From: a virus
Taxonomy: Duplodnaviria; Heunggongvirae; Uroviricota; Caudoviricetes
DNA: 9,562 bases
Strand: one strand, 5' to 3'
IMG/VR virus record: IMGVR_UViG_2617271044_000001
Position 1 is the stretch's first letter. Each line of letters begins with the position of its first letter. The notes beneath the pieces were generated by a model. That model was not told the origin of the DNA, did no database searches, and saw only the letters and a list, made by a program, of their open reading frames with translations. Both the position numbers and the translations under genes were made by a program. Shown piece by piece: positions 6,278-9,562 of this stretch.

Positions 6278-6466
6278 ATGAAAACGTTATTACCAAACGT
6301 TAATACGTCTGAAGGTTGTTTTGAAATTGGTGTCACTATCAGTAACCCAGTATTTACTGAAGATGCCATTAACAAGAGAAAACAAGAACGGGAGCTATTA
6401 AATAAAATATGCATTGTTTCAATGCTGGCTCGTTTACGTCTGATGCCAAAAGGATGTGCACAATGA
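6278..6466 (+). CDS. dicB: Cell-division inhibitor DicB-like protein, 62 aa
   Basis: ATG at 6278 with GAGGA about 7 nt upstream, in frame with track ORF 6173..6466. Protein MKTLLPNVNTSEGCFEIGVTISNPVFTEDAINKRKQERELLNKICIVSMLARLRLMPKGCAQ. Size, position after dicF and sequence fit DicB. Confidence 0.8.
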   Translation: MKTLLPNVNTSEGCFEIGVTISNPVFTEDAINKRKQERELLNKICIVSMLARLRLMPKGCAQ

Positions 6467-6654
6467 ATTCAGCATTTGTGCTTGTTCTGACAGTTTTTCT
6501 TGTTTCCGGAGAGCCAGTTGATATTGCAGTCAGTGTTCACAGGACAATGCAGGAGTGTATGACTGCAGCAACCGAACAGAAAATTCCCGGTAACTGTTAC
6601 CCGGTCGATAAAGTTATTCACCAGGATAATATCGAAATCCCGGCAGGTCTTTAA
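6463..6654 (+). CDS. ydfD: Small protein with hydrophobic N-terminus, 63 aa (YdfD-like lysis protein)
   Basis: ATG at 6463 overlapping the dicB stop as ATGA, with AAGGA 8 nt upstream. Protein MNSAFVLVLTVFLVSGEPVDIAVSVHRTMQECMTAATEQKIPGNCYPVDKVIHQDNIEIPAGL. In frame with track ORF 6409..6654. Confidence 0.7.
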   Translation: MNSAFVLVLTVFLVSGEPVDIAVSVHRTMQECMTAATEQKIPGNCYPVDKVIHQDNIEIPAGL

Positions 6655-6746
6655 AACAGTTCCGTAATAAATATCCGGTTTCATTCTTATATGCCAGCAA
6701 TGGCAGGGATTTGTTCATCCTTAAATCTGTCATGAGGTTAAAACAA

Positions 6747-9218
6747 ATGAGTAAAGTCTTTATTTGCGCCGCTATTCCTGACGAACTGGCAACAAGGGAA
6801 GAAGGCGCTGTGGCTGTAGCCACAGCCATTGAAGCTGGCGACGAACGCCGTGCTCGAGCAAAATTTCACTGGCAATTCCTGGAACATTATCCGGCTGCTC
6901 AGGACTGCGCTTATAAATTTATTGTCTGCGAGGATAAACCTGGCATACCCCGCCCTGCCCTCGATTCATGGGATGCTGAATATATGCAGGAAAACCGCTG
7001 GGATGAGGAGTCTGCTTCTTTTGTCCCGGTTGAGACTGAATCCGATCCGATGAACGTCACTTTTGACAAGCTGGCCCCTGAAGTACAGAACGCTGTCATG
7101 GTTAAGTTCGACACATGTGAAAACATCACCGTTGATATGGTTATTAGCGCACAGGAATTGTTGCAGGAAGACATGGCAACATTCGACGGACATATCGTTG
7201 AAGCGTTGATGAAAATGCCAGAAGTTAACGCCATGTATCCGGAGCTTAAGTTGCACGCCATTGGGTGGGTTAAGCATAAATGTATTCCTGGTGCTAAATG
7301 GCCCGAAATTCAGGCAGAGATGCGCATCTGGAAAAAACGTCGCGAAGGTGAACGCAAGGAAACCGGAAAATACACGTCTGTTGTTGATCTCGCCCGCGCC
7401 AGAGCCAATCAACAGTACACTGAAAATTCAACAGGAAAAATCAGCCCGGTCATTGCTGCCATTCATCGCGAATACAAGCAGACATGGAAAACACTGGATG
7501 ACGAACTGGCCTACGCTCTCTGGCCTGGTGATGTGGATGCCGGAAACATTGACGGCAGCATCCATCGCCGGGCAAAAAATGAAGTTATCGACAACGACCG
7601 CGAAGACTGGAAGCGTATCTCGGCATCAATGCGCAAACAGCCTGATGCCCTTCGCTACGACCGCCAAACTATTTTTGGCCTTGTCCGTGAGCGTCCGATC
7701 GACATTCACAAAGATCCCGTAGCACTGAACAAATATATCTGCGAATACCTGACGACAAAGGGCGTGTTTGAGAATGAAGAAACAGACCTGGGCACTGTTG
7801 ATGTTCTCCAGTCATCAGAAACACAAACTGATGCAGTGGAAACTGAGGTATCTGATATCCCAAAAAATGAAACCGCGCCGGAAGCTGAACCATCTGTAGA
7901 GCGTGAGGGGCCGTTCTATTTCCTCTTCGCAGATAAGGACGGAGAAAAATACGGTCGCGCAAACAAACTTTCTGGTCTGGATAAGGCACTGGCTGCTGGC
8001 GCCACTGAAATCACAAAAGAAGAATATTTTGCCCGAAAAAATGGCACATACACGGGCTTACCGCAAAATGTAGATACCGCTGAAGATTCAGAACAACCAG
8101 AGCCGATAAAAGTTACCGCTGACGAAGTAAACAAAATTATGCAGGCAGCCAATATCATCCAGCCTGACGCCGATAAGTTGCTTGCTGCATCACGTGGTGA
8201 ATTTGTTGAAGGGATTAGTGACCCGAATGATCCGAAATGGGTTAAGGGGATCCAGACCCGCGATTCTGTGAACCAGAACCAGCATGAATCGGAACGGAAC
8301 TACCAAAAAGCGGAACAAAACAGCCCAAATGCGTTACAAAACGAGCCAGAAACGAAACAGCCTGAATCAGTGGCGCAACAGGAAGTGGAAAAAGTCTGCA
8401 CCGCCTGCGGTCAGACCGGCGGCGGCAACTGCCCTGATTGTGGCGCGGTAATGGGCGACGCAACATACCAGGAAACATTCGATGAAGAGTATCAGGTTGA
8501 AGTTCAGGAAGATGATCCGGAGGAAATGGAAGGCGCTGAACATCCACACAAGGAGAACACTGGCGGCAATCAGCATCACGATAGCGATAATGAAACTGGC
8601 GAGACGGCAGATCACTCAATTAAGGTGAACGGTCATCAAGAAATCACATCCACCAGCAGGACGTGTGACCATCTAATGATCGACCTTGAAACCATGGGAA
8701 AAAATCCTGATGCCCCGATCATCTCAATAGGTGCAATATTTTTCGATCCGCAAACCGGAGATATGGGACCGGAATTTAGTAAGACTATCGATCTGGAAAC
8801 TGCTGGCGGAGTCATTGATCGGGACACCATTAAATGGTGGCTTAAGCAATCACGCGAAGCGCAATCTGCCATTATGACCGATGAAATCCCGTTAGATGAT
8901 GCACTGTTACAATTGCGGGAATTTATCGACGAAAACTCCGGTGAATTTTTTGTTCAGGTCTGGGGAAATGGAGCCAACTTCGACAACACGATTTTGCGCC
9001 GTTCATACGAACGGCAGGGGATCCCCTGCCCGTGGCGTTACTACAACGATCGCGATGTACGCACAATCGTTGAGCTGGGGAAAGCCATAGACTTCGATGC
9101 CAGAACGGCTATTCCATTCGAAGGTGAGCGCCATAATGCACTTGATGACGCCCGTTACCAGGCAAAATACGTTTCAGTTATCTGGCAAAAACTGATCCCG
9201 AGTCAGGCTGATTCTTAA
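6747..9218 (+). CDS. Large prophage protein (~823 aa): N-terminal ~550 aa of unknown function, CxxC-x7-CxxC zinc-ribbon motif, acidic linker, C-terminal DnaQ-like DEDDh 3'-5' exonuclease domain
   Basis: Track ORF 6711..9218 begins at a TTG. ATG at 6747 with GAGG 8 nt upstream is the likelier start (MSKVFICAAIPDELATREEG...). Exonuclease motifs seen directly: MIDLETMG (Exo I, D-x-E), VWGNGANFDN (Exo II), HNALDDARYQAKY (Exo III, H-x4-D). Zinc ribbon CTACGQTGGGNCPDCG is encoded from 8397 to about 8444, followed by an E/D-rich stretch. It occupies the position of ydfE in the dicB operon. Confidence 0.8.
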   Translation: MSKVFICAAIPDELATREEGAVAVATAIEAGDERRARAKFHWQFLEHYPAAQDCAYKFIVCEDKPGIPRPALDSWDAEYMQENRWDEESASFVPVETESDPMNVTFDKLAPEVQNAVMVKFDTCENITVDMVISAQELLQEDMATFDGHIVEALMKMPEVNAMYPELKLHAIGWVKHKCIPGAKWPEIQAEMRIWKKRREGERKETGKYTSVVDLARARANQQYTENSTGKISPVIAAIHREYKQTWKTLDDELAYALWPGDVDAGNIDGSIHRRAKNEVIDNDREDWKRISASMRKQPDALRYDRQTIFGLVRERPIDIHKDPVALNKYICEYLTTKGVFENEETDLGTVDVLQSSETQTDAVETEVSDIPKNETAPEAEPSVEREGPFYFLFADKDGEKYGRANKLSGLDKALAAGATEITKEEYFARKNGTYTGLPQNVDTAEDSEQPEPIKVTADEVNKIMQAANIIQPDADKLLAASRGEFVEGISDPNDPKWVKGIQTRDSVNQNQHESERNYQKAEQNSPNALQNEPETKQPESVAQQEVEKVCTACGQTGGGNCPDCGAVMGDATYQETFDEEYQVEVQEDDPEEMEGAEHPHKENTGGNQHHDSDNETGETADHSIKVNGHQEITSTSRTCDHLMIDLETMGKNPDAPIISIGAIFFDPQTGDMGPEFSKTIDLETAGGVIDRDTIKWWLKQSREAQSAIMTDEIPLDDALLQLREFIDENSGEFFVQVWGNGANFDNTILRRSYERQGIPCPWRYYNDRDVRTIVELGKAIDFDARTAIPFEGERHNALDDARYQAKYVSVIWQKLIPSQADS

Positions 9219-9230
9219 TGTTCAACTGTC

Positions 9231-9260
9231 GCCGGTTGTGACTGGTATTCTGCAACCGGC
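9231..9260 (+). other. Stem-loop (8-bp GC-rich stem, 14-nt loop) between the exonuclease gene and the excisionase-like gene
   Basis: gccggttg (9231-9238) and caaccggc (9253-9260) are exact reverse complements. No T-run follows, so probably not a simple intrinsic terminator. Confidence 0.35.
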
Positions 9261-9290
9261 GCTCGTCTGATGTAAGAGATAAAGAAATCG

Positions 9291-9491
9291 ATGAGCGAAG
9301 TAATCATGATTGTCTCTCCCGGCAAATGGGTATCCGAAGAGCAGTTAATTGCGCTGAAAGGAATAAAAAAAGGTACGTTAAAAAAGGCCCGGGAAAAATC
9401 GTTTATGGAAGGAAGGGAATATAAGCATGTCGCTCATGACGGTATGCCATGGGATAACAGTCCAGGTGATGCTGCCAACTTACTGATTTAG
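9291..9491 (+). CDS. Excisionase-like small DNA-binding protein (lambda Xis-like), 66 aa
   Basis: Track ORF with ATG at 9291. It contains a W ... GREY arrangement (KW at residues 12-13, EGREYKHVAHDG later) reminiscent of lambda Xis (QEW ... DGREYLFHE). It lies at the distal end of the repressor-side operon, where xis/int sit in lambdoid phages. Assignment is by motif and position. Confidence 0.5.
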   Translation: MSEVIMIVSPGKWVSEEQLIALKGIKKGTLKKAREKSFMEGREYKHVAHDGMPWDNSPGDAANLLI

Positions 9492-9562
9492 TGTATGATG
9501 GTGTTTTTGAGGTGCTCCAGTGGCTTCTGTTTCTATCAGCTGTCCCTCCTGTTCAGCTACTG

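Noticed and set aside
5714-6414. Minus-strand ORFs 5714..6049 and 6079..6414 (111 aa each) and plus-strand 6173..6277 extension of dicB
   Set aside because: They are antisense to the structured DicF leader and DicF itself. Their translations are Arg-rich and atypical. The region is better explained as untranslated RNA, and the dicB start at 6278 has a proper Shine-Dalgarno.
6911-8872. Multiple minus-strand track ORFs (6911..7261, 6966..7412, 7669..7989, 7916..8158, 8242..8619, 8367..8615, 8636..8872) plus plus-strand 7261..7722
   Set aside because: All lie inside the long, well-supported 6747..9218 coding frame, either antisense or out of frame. Their translations are low-complexity or Cys/Arg/Ser-rich, with no ribosome-binding sites noted. 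They are shadow ORFs of the large gene.
6747-9218. Calling the large protein RecE (exonuclease VIII) with a RecT partner
   Set aside because: The catalytic domain I can read is DEDDh (DnaQ-like), not the PD-(D/E)XK fold of RecE, and no RecT/Bet-like ORF is present in the window. I therefore did not assign a recE symbol.
1-9562. tRNA, rRNA or an integration site within the window
   Set aside because: No segment showed a cloverleaf-compatible arrangement or rRNA-like conservation on inspection. The attachment site is expected beyond the right edge, past xis/int.

Overview
This window reads as the early/immunity region of a Qin-like lambdoid prophage of Escherichia/Shigella type, with the start of an insertion-sequence transposase at the left edge. 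Three blocks are visible. (1) A minus-strand operon runs from the central switch leftward: Cro-like DicC (76 aa), a 173-aa early protein, a lambda-O-like replication initiator with origin-type iterons inside its own gene, a 140-aa protein translationally coupled (GTGA overlap) to a short SAM-methyltransferase-like ORF, then an AT-rich palindrome-bearing spacer, a cluster of tiny acidic ORFs and a 59-aa hydrophobic peptide. (2) A divergent dicC/dicA switch at 4520-4602. (3) A plus-strand operon: DicA repressor, YdfA, YdfB, YdfC, a ~340-nt structured untranslated leader ending in the 53-nt DicF sRNA, DicB, YdfD, a large 823-aa protein with a zinc-ribbon motif and a C-terminal DnaQ-like DEDDh 3'-5' exonuclease domain, then an excisionase-like gene. 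Gene names rest on my recognition of protein lengths, order and motifs, not on a database search. Most of the window is therefore a described type of system (the dicB/dicF division-inhibition and exclusion module). The least-explained parts, and my best candidates for something new, are the large exonuclease-domain protein with no recombinase partner, the micro-ORF cluster at 1301-1787 with an in-frame amber codon and a structured start region, and the 59-aa membrane peptide beside the IS. I cannot show from sequence alone that any of these is a new system.
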